Shown: positions 41,918 through 51,564, counted from the stretch's first letter. The stretch: DNA of 64,000 bases from Thainema sp. (GCA_052168235.1 JBQLZK010000039.1:1-64000); one strand, 5' to 3'. Notes: generated from the sequence alone by a model not told the origin. Made by a program: numbers and translations.

Positions 41918-42559
41918 CTACAGTTTTCGGCTGAACCAAACCACTTTACCCATAAGGCTGACGCTCAGAGACTGTTCTGATAGCTCTAGTGAGAAATTTT
42001 CATATGCAAGGTTATCACTCAGTACTCTCAGTGTATGTTCTGCGACATATTGCAGACGCTTAATCAAAATATGATCATCCAGTTTCAACAAGTAGATTCC
42101 ATGATTCACTGCAGTTAAGTCACGTTCATTTGTATTGACTAGAACCAGATCTCCCATCTGGAGTGTGGGTTCCATACTTTCGTCTAAAACCTCTGTCAAA
42201 AAAAGGTTTTCAAATGATTTTGGAAATTGCTCCTTTAGCCAGTCAGTGTCAAAGGCTAACGGACTCTTATAAGAGTACTTTTGAGTCAAAGCCTTAATTG
42301 AATCTTGTGTTGCGACTTGGCCAGCAGCCAGCCACTCCACACTGACGTTTGCTGTGCGAGCTATAGCGAGCAAAGCGGGGCGAGTGGGTTCGCTTTGGCC
42401 GCTGAGATATTGACGGAGTACGGTATCCGAAAATCCGCAATTTCTCGCAAAGCCTCGGATACTCTGATCACCAATCGCTTTTTTTAAGCGAGCTGGAAAA
42501 TCATTGACTTCAACTTTACTCGCTGGGTTGTCATCCGGGAATGAGTCACACATGGGCAT
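41918..42559 (-). CDS. XRE HTH + S24 peptidase-like (cI/LexA-type) repressor
   Basis: HTH SIRGFARNCGFSDTVLRQYLSGQSEP; S24 motifs ESMEPT, LIKRL, SDNLAY, GKVVW. Confidence 0.9.
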   Translation of the reverse strand: MPMCDSFPDDNPASKVEVNDFPARLKKAIGDQSIRGFARNCGFSDTVLRQYLSGQSEPTRPALLAIARTANVSVEWLAAGQVATQDSIKALTQKYSYKSPLAFDTDWLKEQFPKSFENLFLTEVLDESMEPTLQMGDLVLVNTNERDLTAVNHGIYLLKLDDHILIKRLQYVAEHTLRVLSDNLAYENFSLELSEQSLSVSLMGKVVWFSRKL

Positions 42560-42589
42560 GTTTAGGATTCAAGTTGCAATATATAGCTC

Positions 42590-42620
42590 TTGACGCTCGC
42601 GTTATTAATTGTTAGCGTCA
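42590..42620 (+). promoter_or_regulatory. Rightward promoter overlapped by an inverted repeat (candidate operator)
   Basis: TTGACG, 17-nt spacer, TAGCGT; TGACGCT (42591-42597) and AGCGTCA (42614-42620) are inverted repeats covering the -35 and -10 boxes. Confidence 0.55.
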
Positions 42621-42650
42621 TCCATATGTTGATGTTGCTAGGACAATTTT

Positions 42651-42980
42651 ATGCATGTCGAGGATATTAAAGCCGCTCTGCGAAAGCAGGGCTGGACCCT
42701 GGCCAGCATTGCAAATGAACTAGATATTGATCCATCAGCAGTCTCCCATGCTTTGACTCGACAACGATCACGTCGCATTGAACAGGCTATTGCCAGTAAA
42801 CTTGGCCGATCCCCTCAAGAGATTTGGCCCCATCGCTACCCGCGAGGAGCAGTAGACTATGACTCGATTTGTCAGCAAGCACGAAGCTATCCAGTATCTC
42901 AATCTCAGCGACTCGACTCTCAAGCGGTATCGTTCACAGGGGCAGCTTATCGAGGGTATCCATTGGGTTCGGATCAATAG
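42651..42980 (+). CDS. Ner/Nlp-family HTH transcriptional regulator
   Basis: EDIKAALRKQGWTLASIA...IEQAIASKLGRSPQEIWPHRY matches the phage Mu Ner/SfsB pattern. Confidence 0.85.
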   Translation: MHVEDIKAALRKQGWTLASIANELDIDPSAVSHALTRQRSRRIEQAIASKLGRSPQEIWPHRYPRGAVDYDSICQQARSYPVSQSQRLDSQAVSFTGAAYRGYPLGSDQ

Positions 42981-43113
42981 CCGCTGCATCCGGTACAACT
43001 TGGAATTGATTCAAGATTGGCTTCATAATCGCCATGATCCGGTGGCACACCAACGAGCCATCCATCTTTATCAATCCAGTTTGTTAAGTAATCAACGAAA
43101 ACCGTCTAAATGA
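42859..43113 (+). CDS. Excisionase/AlpA-like small DNA-binding protein
   Basis: EAIQYLNLSDSTLKRYR...EGIHWVRIN...RYNLELIQDW; GAGGAG SD at 42844-42849. Confidence 0.75.
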   Translation: MTRFVSKHEAIQYLNLSDSTLKRYRSQGQLIEGIHWVRINSRCIRYNLELIQDWLHNRHDPVAHQRAIHLYQSSLLSNQRKPSK

Positions 43114-43210
43114 GTATGTTCAGACTTGCGTTGAATACGTTAAGAGGCTTTTTTGCTCTCCTTTAATCATGTTGCTGATGATCGTTCGAGCGTACCTCAA
43201 CTGAGAGCGC

Positions 43211-43340
43211 AAAAAAAGACACCCCAATCTTTGAACATTAGGGTGTAACGCTTTTATTTAGTCTTTCAGCTGGGTTAATCAACAAGATGAAGGGGTTTTC
43301 CAGAACCTCTTCGAGACTCACCCTGCTCACAAATCTTGTG
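43211..43340 (-). ncRNA. Predicted antisense (counter-transcribed) RNA upstream of the replication gene
   Basis: Minus-strand TGGACA-N16-TATAGT promoter with TGn extension (43373-43346) and intrinsic terminator ACACCCUAAU-loop-AUUGGGGUGU-CUUUUUUU ending at 43211. Confidence 0.55.
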
Positions 43341-43457
43341 TTTCAACTATAGCAAAGTGACTTGAAATGTCCACTGCAAATTGATGAGTGTTGTCATGAT
43401 TGTACTGAACTAGCAGGTTGAGTTGGATGGCCCAGCTTCTCATCTCAGGAGCTGATC

Positions 43458-45809
43458 ATGGCACAGTATGTTTATTCGGGGCGAGCTCGCCCCTGCCCGA
43501 TTTGCGATCGCACCAAAGATGCCGATTGCCGATGGACGGATCAGGTGGTCTTCTGCCATACCCACATCGATCAGGATGCCGAGGTGGCGGGGTACATTTA
43601 CCGGGGTGCAACTGCAGACGGCATGTGGGGCCAGTATTTCCTAGAGACGGCTCCGACTGAAAAGCCCGTGCGTCCATCACGTCGCCAGGACTACTTTTAT
43701 CCCAACCGGGCTGGACAACCGCTGGTCAAAGTGACTCGGGTAGATCGAGGCACTGGGGCCAAATTTTTTATTCAATCTCACTGGAATGGTCAGCAGTGGA
43801 TTAAAGGACTGACACCCGAGATCCGGTTGCAGGTGTCAATCTACCGATATTCGGACGTGCAACGAGCCATTTCAGCCGGTCAACCCCTTTGGATGGTAGA
43901 GGGTGAGGGCTGTGCCGATGCCCTGTGGCAGATTGGGATTCCGGCAACGACCACATTAGGGGGTTCCAAGAAATACCGTAGCTACGGGGACTATACCGAA
44001 GACTTAAAGGACGCTTGCCTTGTTCTGTGCCCGGATCGCGATCAGGTGGGTTTGGCCCATATGGCCGAGGTTGCCCAAGATTTTCCTGCTGCCCAGTGGT
44101 GCTATCCCTATCCCGATAGTCTGCGCTGGCAAAACCTACCGAAAAGTGGTGGACTCGATATCGCGGACTGGATTGCCGATGGGGCAACAGCTGAGCAAAT
44201 TCGAGCGGCTGTTGGCCAACGGCGATCGTTCCCACTTGCGTCTTCGACATCCCCCAAATCACTCGATTTACCGTCGCTAGAAGAACAGCTCCGTCACTAC
44301 TTGGCCGCCGATCATTCAGAACTTGAGTTAGCTGCTCAGGTCTTACAGTGGCATCGCGAATCCGGACTCTCGGCTAAGGATCTCTGGAGCCTGGTTAAAC
44401 CGATTCAAGCTGAACTAGAACAATCAGAAGAGCGGTGCGATCGCCAAGCTGAGATTCAGCAATTGCTGACCATTAGCGACTATCAGCTGCAATTGGGCAA
44501 GTATCTTCACCCCGATTTAGCTCAACCGCTGGAGCAGATTGCCCACTGGATTGGCGCAACCCCAGCGGCCATGCTCGTGACGCTGTTGCCAGTAGCGGCT
44601 TCCCTTCTGCGAGTGGGAACTGAATTAGAAATTGATGCCGGTATGGGGTTCTCTGTGCCGCCCATTTTGTTCACCGGACTGGTGGCTCCCTCCGGCAGCA
44701 AGAAGAGCCCAATTCAGCGTCAGATTTTAGGCCCACTCTCAAAGCTACAAGCCGAAGCCGATCAGGACTATGAGTATACCGTCTCTGAGTATGAGATCAG
44801 CCTGCGCGACTGGGAACACACCAAAGGAGATGACAGAGGGCTGCGACCCAGGAAGCCGACGCCCAAGGACTATCACACCTCCGATGCCACCCGAGAAGCG
44901 ATCGCCCGAATTCAGTCTCAGCAACCTGAACGCGGCATTCTCGTGGCTCCAGATGAGCTAGCAGGATTATTCAAAGGCCAAAACCAGTATCGCAACGGAC
45001 GTGGCAACGACAAAGAGTCACTGTTAACCGCCTTTGATGGCGCTGGACTCAAAGTGGATCGCGCCAGCGGCATGCGGATCAGCATTCCCCGAACCAGCCT
45101 GAGCATTACCGGCACGATTCAGCCCGATGTTCTGCGAGAGATGATGGGAGATTTTTCCGATGCAAATGGGCAGTGGGCGCGGTTTTTGTGGTGTCTCCTG
45201 CCGCTCAAGCCTGCCCCCTTTCCTCGGCAAACGGTACGCTATGACATTTCAGAACGACTTTACTGTGTCTATCAGCGATTAGAGGACTTTCCCGCCAACG
45301 GCTATCGACTGACCCCAGAAGCCAAGACCCTATTTGCCGACTGGTATGACCGACTTGATCACCTGCGGGTGATGGAAACGCATCCGGGATTACAGGCGGT
45401 TTACTCCAAGATGCAGGGCTACACGGGGCGACTATCACTGATTTTGCACTGTGTGAATGCAGCGGTAGACGGATGTCTACCAGCAGACGCCGTTTCGGCG
45501 CAAACGATGCGGAGCACCATCAAGCTGGCACGGTGGTTTATGGGGCAAGTGAAGCTGCTGTATGCAGAAGGTGACACGGTAGATGGAGCGCTGGAGTCGG
45601 TCTATACGAAGTTGATTCAGCTCTCGCGGATGCGCGGCTGGCTGCGAGCAAAAGATGTACGCAATTACGAACGCAGCTTACGGAAGGCGAGTGCAGAGGT
45701 GATTCGTGCTCACTTTCGAGAGTTAGAAACAATGGGGTATGGAGAAACAGCTGGCGTCGGCAATCGGTTACAGTGGCGTGCAACGGTAGACACGGTAGAC
45801 ATCCGGTAG
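43458..45809 (+). CDS. Replication protein: Zn-binding + Toprim primase domain fused to DUF3987 P-loop domain
   Basis: CPIC...C...FCH, MVEGEGCADAL, CPDRDQVG, DIADW; APSGSKKSP, PDELAG, SITGTIQP; CAGGAG SD. Confidence 0.85.
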   Translation: MAQYVYSGRARPCPICDRTKDADCRWTDQVVFCHTHIDQDAEVAGYIYRGATADGMWGQYFLETAPTEKPVRPSRRQDYFYPNRAGQPLVKVTRVDRGTGAKFFIQSHWNGQQWIKGLTPEIRLQVSIYRYSDVQRAISAGQPLWMVEGEGCADALWQIGIPATTTLGGSKKYRSYGDYTEDLKDACLVLCPDRDQVGLAHMAEVAQDFPAAQWCYPYPDSLRWQNLPKSGGLDIADWIADGATAEQIRAAVGQRRSFPLASSTSPKSLDLPSLEEQLRHYLAADHSELELAAQVLQWHRESGLSAKDLWSLVKPIQAELEQSEERCDRQAEIQQLLTISDYQLQLGKYLHPDLAQPLEQIAHWIGATPAAMLVTLLPVAASLLRVGTELEIDAGMGFSVPPILFTGLVAPSGSKKSPIQRQILGPLSKLQAEADQDYEYTVSEYEISLRDWEHTKGDDRGLRPRKPTPKDYHTSDATREAIARIQSQQPERGILVAPDELAGLFKGQNQYRNGRGNDKESLLTAFDGAGLKVDRASGMRISIPRTSLSITGTIQPDVLREMMGDFSDANGQWARFLWCLLPLKPAPFPRQTVRYDISERLYCVYQRLEDFPANGYRLTPEAKTLFADWYDRLDHLRVMETHPGLQAVYSKMQGYTGRLSLILHCVNAAVDGCLPADAVSAQTMRSTIKLARWFMGQVKLLYAEGDTVDGALESVYTKLIQLSRMRGWLRAKDVRNYERSLRKASAEVIRAHFRELETMGYGETAGVGNRLQWRATVDTVDIR

Positions 45810-46349
45810 ACACCTATGTCTACCGCTAAAAATGTTGATATGTAAAGGTTTGAGCCAAACGGTAGACCGGTAGACAGGTTTTACACATCTAGAGTGTCAA
45901 AAAACTGTCTACCGGTCTACCGAAATCGCCAAAGTGCTTATGAATAAAAGGTTTTAGCCGATAGACGGAGTGTCTACCAAGCGTCTACCGCTGTCTACCG
46001 CGTCTACCGAAATGAATCATCATCATTCAAGATGTGACACCAACCTCAATTCTCGAACTTGAGTCATGTGATGTAGCCTTCCTCAACGTCATCCAGATCC
46101 GGTAATCGATCAAAGTAGCGCAATGGTAGACACGGTAGACATCCGGCAGACATGAGTGTCTACCGCTAAAAGCGCTGCTGTGTAAGGGTTTGAGCAAAAC
46201 GGTAGACCAGTAGACAGGTTTTGCACGTTTGAAGTCTTCCAAAAAGCGTCTACTGGTCTACCGAAATCGTCGAAGTAGTGATGAATAAAAGATTTTAGCC
46301 GGTAGACGGAGTGTCTACCAAGCGTCTACCGCTGTCTACCGCGTCTACC
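45785..46349. repeat. Two ~225-bp copies (offset ~340 bp) of a palindromic GGTAGAC/GTCTACC heptamer array; probable replication origin
   Basis: 13 heptamers per copy (45785-46008 and 46125-46349) in the same order and spacing; inner arms GGTAGACCGGTAGACAGGTTTT / AAAAACTGTCTACCGGTCTACC. Confidence 0.85.
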
Positions 46350-47082
46350 AACAATCATGACCTTGATAGAGAAAAGTTAGAGAAGCATAACCTGATCTCA
46401 ACCTCTCGCAAATTTGGGCCACGATGACGGTTTGCTCATCTCGTTGCGCCCTGATCGGCCGCTCAGTTCATCCCAGTTCCTAGAAGATTTTCCTCTTCTG
46501 CCAACGATCCGGTGCTGACCCGGTAGTGGACGCTACTGTAGACCTCCGCGTAAGTCTACGCAGATGATTACGTACTCCTGTCGCCGTCTGAATGCGTTGG
46601 AAGGCACAACCCATCGGCCTAGACTTCAGAATTTGATATGAACATTCGCCATTCTGATTTAGCAGCTTCAATATCTATAAACATCACGATTAGAGGTAGT
46701 TGATTTACTCAATTTCATCTTCATAATCTGACCTATATTATTAACTGAATATGAAAGTCACTAAAGTTACAAAGAGCTACTTGTATCTCCTGATTCAGAG
46801 TTAGAACTCAAAACTAATCGTCGTCATAAAACATACATATCTCACTTAATCTTCTGATTAGCACATCACGAATGTGATGAACATCACGCAAGGTTACAAA
46901 AGTTTTTGTTATTCGATTTCTCTGATTAAGCTGTGCATAGAACAGGCATAAATGCCAGATCAAAATCTGTCACTCGCCCTGATCAATTTTTGATCGTTTT
47001 CATCAACTATTTGCGCAGACGTTATCCATGTAATGGTTGATTGATGTGACCCTTAACTGAATGCAATCTGACCTGATTCAAG

Positions 47083-47655
47083 GTGACTCAAATGATCAGT
47101 CAGAAGCGGCTAACCGATTCAACCCCAATCTCACACTGGCCGGTTTGGCTTCCATCTGTTCCTGTTCCAATTCGGTCGGTGTCTCTATCCGTGTGGATAA
47201 CCCTTGTCCTCTGCAGCCTTGTCCTTACCGTCCGGCTGCATGGCGTTCTTTGTCTAGTTCCCCTGATGATGGCCAGCCTCAGCGGATTGAGCTGGAGGTC
47301 AGCTCAGTCTCGCCGCTGCCGACGGCGTTCCCGTTCCCTGCCTCGCTGGCTACCACTGGTTAGCTGGATTCTGCTTTTGTTACTCGTTCTGTTCGCATTG
47401 CCTGCCCAGGCTCAGTTTTTCGGTAATGCCGAAAACTGGATGCAAACCACCCTGGGCGCAAATACGGGTGATGCTATTCCGCTCGTCTTCAACGTTCTGC
47501 GCGGCTTGTTCCTCCTCTATGTGGGAATCTCGCTGGTGCGGGTGATCAATAGTGCTCGCAGCGACGAAGATTGGCAAACAATTGCGCGCACCCCGCTCAT
47601 TATTATCATCGCCGTCACCGCTGGCGACATTTTGACCACGCTGATTACCGGCTAG
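47083..47655 (+). CDS. Probable conjugative pilin (VirB2-like; first gene of MPF_C-type operon)
   Basis: Signal-like LPAQA|QFF followed by two hydrophobic segments; position before the VirB3/VirB4-like genes. Confidence 0.65.
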   Translation: MTQMISQKRLTDSTPISHWPVWLPSVPVPIRSVSLSVWITLVLCSLVLTVRLHGVLCLVPLMMASLSGLSWRSAQSRRCRRRSRSLPRWLPLVSWILLLLLVLFALPAQAQFFGNAENWMQTTLGANTGDAIPLVFNVLRGLFLLYVGISLVRVINSARSDEDWQTIARTPLIIIIAVTAGDILTTLITG

Positions 47656-47719
47656 AGTTGGGTTTCGATTCAGACCCAGGGTGCCGTTTCGATGCGTCCA
47701 GCCCTCCCATCCGCCATCC

Positions 47720-48076
47720 ATGCCATCTTCCTCCTTTCGTCCCGTCAACCCGATCTTAGGGGCACAGCCGCGTCTGGGGCCGATTCCCGCCGACCAGATT
47801 GTTCCCTGGTTCTGCATCACGGGCCTGTCCTACCTGATTGGTCGAGGCGTTGGCCTCAACTGGATTGCAATTGGCTTTCTGGCGGCTTGGGGCATGTCCA
47901 CCTGGTGGATTCTCACTGGTGGCCACAGCTGGACGTTTACCGCCAAATTTGTGCCGACTCCTACCTGGAGTCGCGGCTATGCCCGATATCTGAGGTTGAC
48001 CCAACATGAAACAGACCATCGGCAAACACCGACTGAAACTGGGCCGCCAGTTCATCAGCACCCTCACTCCCTTTGA
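47720..48076 (+). CDS. VirB3-like small membrane protein
   Basis: FRPVNPILGAQPRLGPIPADQIVPW, two TM segments, directly upstream of VirB4; ATG at 47720. Confidence 0.7.
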   Translation: MPSSSFRPVNPILGAQPRLGPIPADQIVPWFCITGLSYLIGRGVGLNWIAIGFLAAWGMSTWWILTGGHSWTFTAKFVPTPTWSRGYARYLRLTQHETDHRQTPTETGPPVHQHPHSL

Positions 48077-50816
48077 AGATGCCCTCCATCTAGCTGCCAT
48101 GCTGCGGATTGACCTGCGGGGGCGGCAGGTAGGAGCCTACGTGCTGGCGAAAGGCCAGAACCGAGAGCATCTCTGTATCGTTTTCGGCTTTGACTGTCGC
48201 GGCATTCATCCAACCCTGAACGATGAACAGGTTGAGACCGTCTTTAGCCAGCTCGAAGCCGGACTGAAAGACTTACCCGCCGGAGAGCGGCTGACGATTC
48301 ATCTTGGATCGGTGGCATCAGATCAAGCCCGCCAACTGGATCTGGCTCATCTGGTGGATGCAGCTCCGAGTAATCCCCTCAGGTTTCTCCTGACGGCAGA
48401 TCGGGCGCGCGTGCAGCAGCTGACGCAGCAGGGACTGCGCAAACCCAAGTTTCTGCGCCTGTATGTCACCTATACCGTTCACAGCGGTTCCGAGGGGGCT
48501 CAAGATCTGATTGAAAAGCTAATCGGTCGAGGTGAAACGCTGTGGAAGTCATTTACCGGAGAACTGCAGCAGGCCAAGAACCAGCGTCTACAAACCGTGC
48601 TTACCCAAGCCTTTACCGATGGCTTTCTGCTCTGGGAGCAGGTGCTGTCGAATAAAATGGGCCTCTCGGTGACGCCACTGGATGAAACCGAACTGTGGAC
48701 GCTGCTCTGGCAGCGTTTCAATACCAGCCGCCCGATTGATATCCCGCAGCTGATTCGCCTAGATGCTCAAGGACTACACGAGCAGGTGAATTCGGAGATT
48801 CACAGCACCACGCTGCTCACCCGAGCGGGGGTGCCCACCGCTGGCAGATCCTGGACAAAGGTCAACGGTCAGTACGTGGCTCCGCTGACGTTTCTAGAGA
48901 AACCCGGTGGCTGGGCCAATCCCTGGGCTCAGCTCCGCTATCTCTGGGACGTGCTGTCTCGGGACGCGGTGGTGAATACGGAGATGGTTTGTCAGCTGAC
49001 GCGAGCCAATGAGACGCTGGTCAAAACCACCGTGCAGCGAATGCTAAAGCAGTCGAATCTGACCGCTACGCTGGCCGAAGACAGCCACTCCGTTGATGTC
49101 GCTGCCGAGCTGAAGATGAAGCGCTCGATTGAAGCCCAAGCCGAGCTGTTTGAAGGAGCCCTGCCGATTCACACGGCGGTGGTCATGCTGGTACAGCGTC
49201 CCACGCTAGAGCAGCTGGATGAAGCCTGCCGCTATCTGCAAAGCTGCTTTCGTCGTCCCGCTTGGGTGGAGCGGGAACAAGACTATGCCTGGAGGGTGTG
49301 GCTGCAAACGCTGCCGATTGTCTGGGAAGCCTTGATGGCCCATCCCTTCAAACGACGACAGCTCTACCTGACGGGAGAAGTCCCTGGCTTGATGCCACTG
49401 GTGGTGACTCAACCCTGCGATACTCAGGGCTTTGAGCTAATTGCCGAAGAAGGGGGCCGTCCCGTTTATCTAGATCTGTTTACGCAGCACAAGAACCTGG
49501 GCCTGTTTGCCACCACTCGTGCAGGCAAGTCAGTGCTGGTGTCTGGGATTCTGACGCAGGCCCTGGCTCATCGCTTTCCAGTGGTGGCGCTCGACTTCCC
49601 TAAGCCGGACGGCTCATCTACCTTTACCGACTACACCCAATTTGTCGGTGGAGCCTATTTCGACATCTCACGGGAATCCAACAACCTGTTTGAACTCCCT
49701 GATCTCCGCCATCTGCCACCGGATGAACGCCAAACTCGGCTGGAGGATTTTCAATCGTTCCTGGAGTCGGCACTGCTGACAATGATCGTCGGCTCTAGCG
49801 CCAGTGGCTCGCTGATGACCCAGACGATCCGCTCCATCTTGGTGCTGGCATTGAATGCCTTCTTTGCCGATGCCCAGATTCAAACCCGCTACTGCAACGC
49901 AATGGCGGGCCGATTGGGCTCAGCGGCTTGGCAGGAGAGCCCAACGCTGGCTGACTTTTTGGCGTTCTGTACCCCAGAACAGCTCGATTTGCAGTCAGTC
50001 GGCGGCAACATTGAAGCCGCCCTGCAGATGATTGAACTGCGGCTGCGATTTTGGCTCTCCAGCCGCGTAGGACGCGCCATTTCAGCTCCATCGAGCTTTC
50101 CGACTGATGCGCAACTGCTGGTCTTTGCGCTGCGCAATTTAGCCAATGAGGAAGATGCTGCCGTGCTGGCGCTGTCAGCTTATGCAGCAGCCTTACGACG
50201 AGCCCTAGAAGCACCCGCCTCTATCTTCTTTATTGATGAGGCTCCAATTCTGTTTGAGTTTGATGAAATTGGCGCACTGATTGGCCGACTTTGCGCCAAT
50301 GGAGCCAAAGCCGGAATTCGAGTGATCATCTCAGCTCAAGATCCAGATACGGTGTACCAGTCGCCCGCCAGCTCCAAGATCTTTCAGAACCTCACAACGC
50401 GCCTAATTGGTCGCATCCAACCAACTGCGGTCGATAGCTTTGAGCGCATCCTCAAGTATCCGTCCAGCATCATCAGCCGTAACGCCAGCGAGAGCTTCTT
50501 TCCCAAACGAGAGGGACTCTACAGCCAGTGGCTCCTAGATCAGAACGGCCTGTATACCTACTGCCGCTACTATCCCGCCTTTGCCCAACTGGCCGCTGTC
50601 GCGAATAACCCCGATGAGCAGGCCACCCGTGATCTGGTACTCAGCCACGCCCCCGATCCATTTACTGGCCTGGCTGAATTTGCTCGGCTGCTGGTGTACG
50701 CCATCCAGTCCGGTGAGCCCCTCTCAGTCGTCACTGAACGCTGGTTGGCCGAGCGCAATCCCCACCCAGAAGTTCCGATTACCCAGCTCAAGTCGTTTCA
50801 CACAGGAGGTCACTGA
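48006..50816 (+). CDS. virB4: VirB4-like conjugation ATPase (cyanobacterial MPF_C type)
   Basis: 936 aa, Walker A ATTRAGKS, Walker B FFIDEAP, ANGAKAGIRVIISAQ. Confidence 0.85.
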   Translation: MKQTIGKHRLKLGRQFISTLTPFEDALHLAAMLRIDLRGRQVGAYVLAKGQNREHLCIVFGFDCRGIHPTLNDEQVETVFSQLEAGLKDLPAGERLTIHLGSVASDQARQLDLAHLVDAAPSNPLRFLLTADRARVQQLTQQGLRKPKFLRLYVTYTVHSGSEGAQDLIEKLIGRGETLWKSFTGELQQAKNQRLQTVLTQAFTDGFLLWEQVLSNKMGLSVTPLDETELWTLLWQRFNTSRPIDIPQLIRLDAQGLHEQVNSEIHSTTLLTRAGVPTAGRSWTKVNGQYVAPLTFLEKPGGWANPWAQLRYLWDVLSRDAVVNTEMVCQLTRANETLVKTTVQRMLKQSNLTATLAEDSHSVDVAAELKMKRSIEAQAELFEGALPIHTAVVMLVQRPTLEQLDEACRYLQSCFRRPAWVEREQDYAWRVWLQTLPIVWEALMAHPFKRRQLYLTGEVPGLMPLVVTQPCDTQGFELIAEEGGRPVYLDLFTQHKNLGLFATTRAGKSVLVSGILTQALAHRFPVVALDFPKPDGSSTFTDYTQFVGGAYFDISRESNNLFELPDLRHLPPDERQTRLEDFQSFLESALLTMIVGSSASGSLMTQTIRSILVLALNAFFADAQIQTRYCNAMAGRLGSAAWQESPTLADFLAFCTPEQLDLQSVGGNIEAALQMIELRLRFWLSSRVGRAISAPSSFPTDAQLLVFALRNLANEEDAAVLALSAYAAALRRALEAPASIFFIDEAPILFEFDEIGALIGRLCANGAKAGIRVIISAQDPDTVYQSPASSKIFQNLTTRLIGRIQPTAVDSFERILKYPSSIISRNASESFFPKREGLYSQWLLDQNGLYTYCRYYPAFAQLAAVANNPDEQATRDLVLSHAPDPFTGLAEFARLLVYAIQSGEPLSVVTERWLAERNPHPEVPITQLKSFHTGGH

Positions 50817-51539
50817 TGAAACCGAGCCTACGTTTAGCCGTTGTGCCCATCCTGGCCGCGACGGTATTCATCGCCCCCATCCGCGCCACAAGCGCTGCTC
50901 AAGTTGATACCACCGTTGACGGCATCTTCAACCTGTTCCGTCAGGCGTATGACGACGTTCATGCCTACATTGACCAAACGATCCAAGATGTCGTAACAGC
51001 GTTACCCGGAGAACTGGACAATGTCCTCAACGATGCCCTGGGCGAGTTGGGTTGGGTTGACCCGAATCAAATCCGAGCCCAGATCGCAGAGCAGCTCGCG
51101 ACACCCATCGACGGCGATCTGGCCCAGTCAGATCCCGTGTATGCCGCCGTTGAAACAGCTAACGAAATCGATCGGCAACTGACGCGAGCCCCAGGTAGAT
51201 GCCGTGCTCAGTCAAGACGGTCAAGCGAACACCCAGAACAAACTGACCTGGATGGAAACAACAGTCGATCAGATTCAGCAGCACGCGGATGCGGCTCAAG
51301 CGGCAGTTTCAACCCAGGATGCCATCAAGCAGATGGCGCAGCAAACGGCTCTCCAGTCAGACGTCCTGGGAGCCGTGCAGGCAGAACTGCTGCAGTCGCG
51401 CCAGGACGCGCAGCTAACCAATCTCAACCTGGCCAACCTGTCCCACAGCCTAGATCAAGAGACTCGGGCGCGTCGCCTGCAGGATTTAGGTAGCGCCCTC
51501 GACACGCTGCAGATTAGCAGTCAGGCTCGCTTATTTTGA
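50816..51539 (+). pseudogene. Secreted T4SS component (VirB5/TrbJ-like position) split by a one-base frameshift
   Basis: Removing one C from CCCC at 51189-51192 joins ORFs 50816.. and 51204..51539 into ...RQLTRAQVDAVLSQDGQ...; signal peptide at the N terminus. Confidence 0.7.
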
Positions 51540-51564
51540 CCGTTCAGCCCCAATCGCCCCACGG

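Noticed and set aside
40640..45809. Prophage
   Set aside because: No capsid, terminase, portal or tail genes; the module leads into conjugation genes
45785..46349. Possible CRISPR array
   Set aside because: Repeats are 7-mers in both orientations with irregular spacing, the spacers are themselves duplicated, and there are no cas genes
51193..51493. Arg/Ser-rich C terminus of ORF 50816..51493 as a real domain
   Set aside because: It is out-of-frame read-through caused by the extra C at 51189-51192
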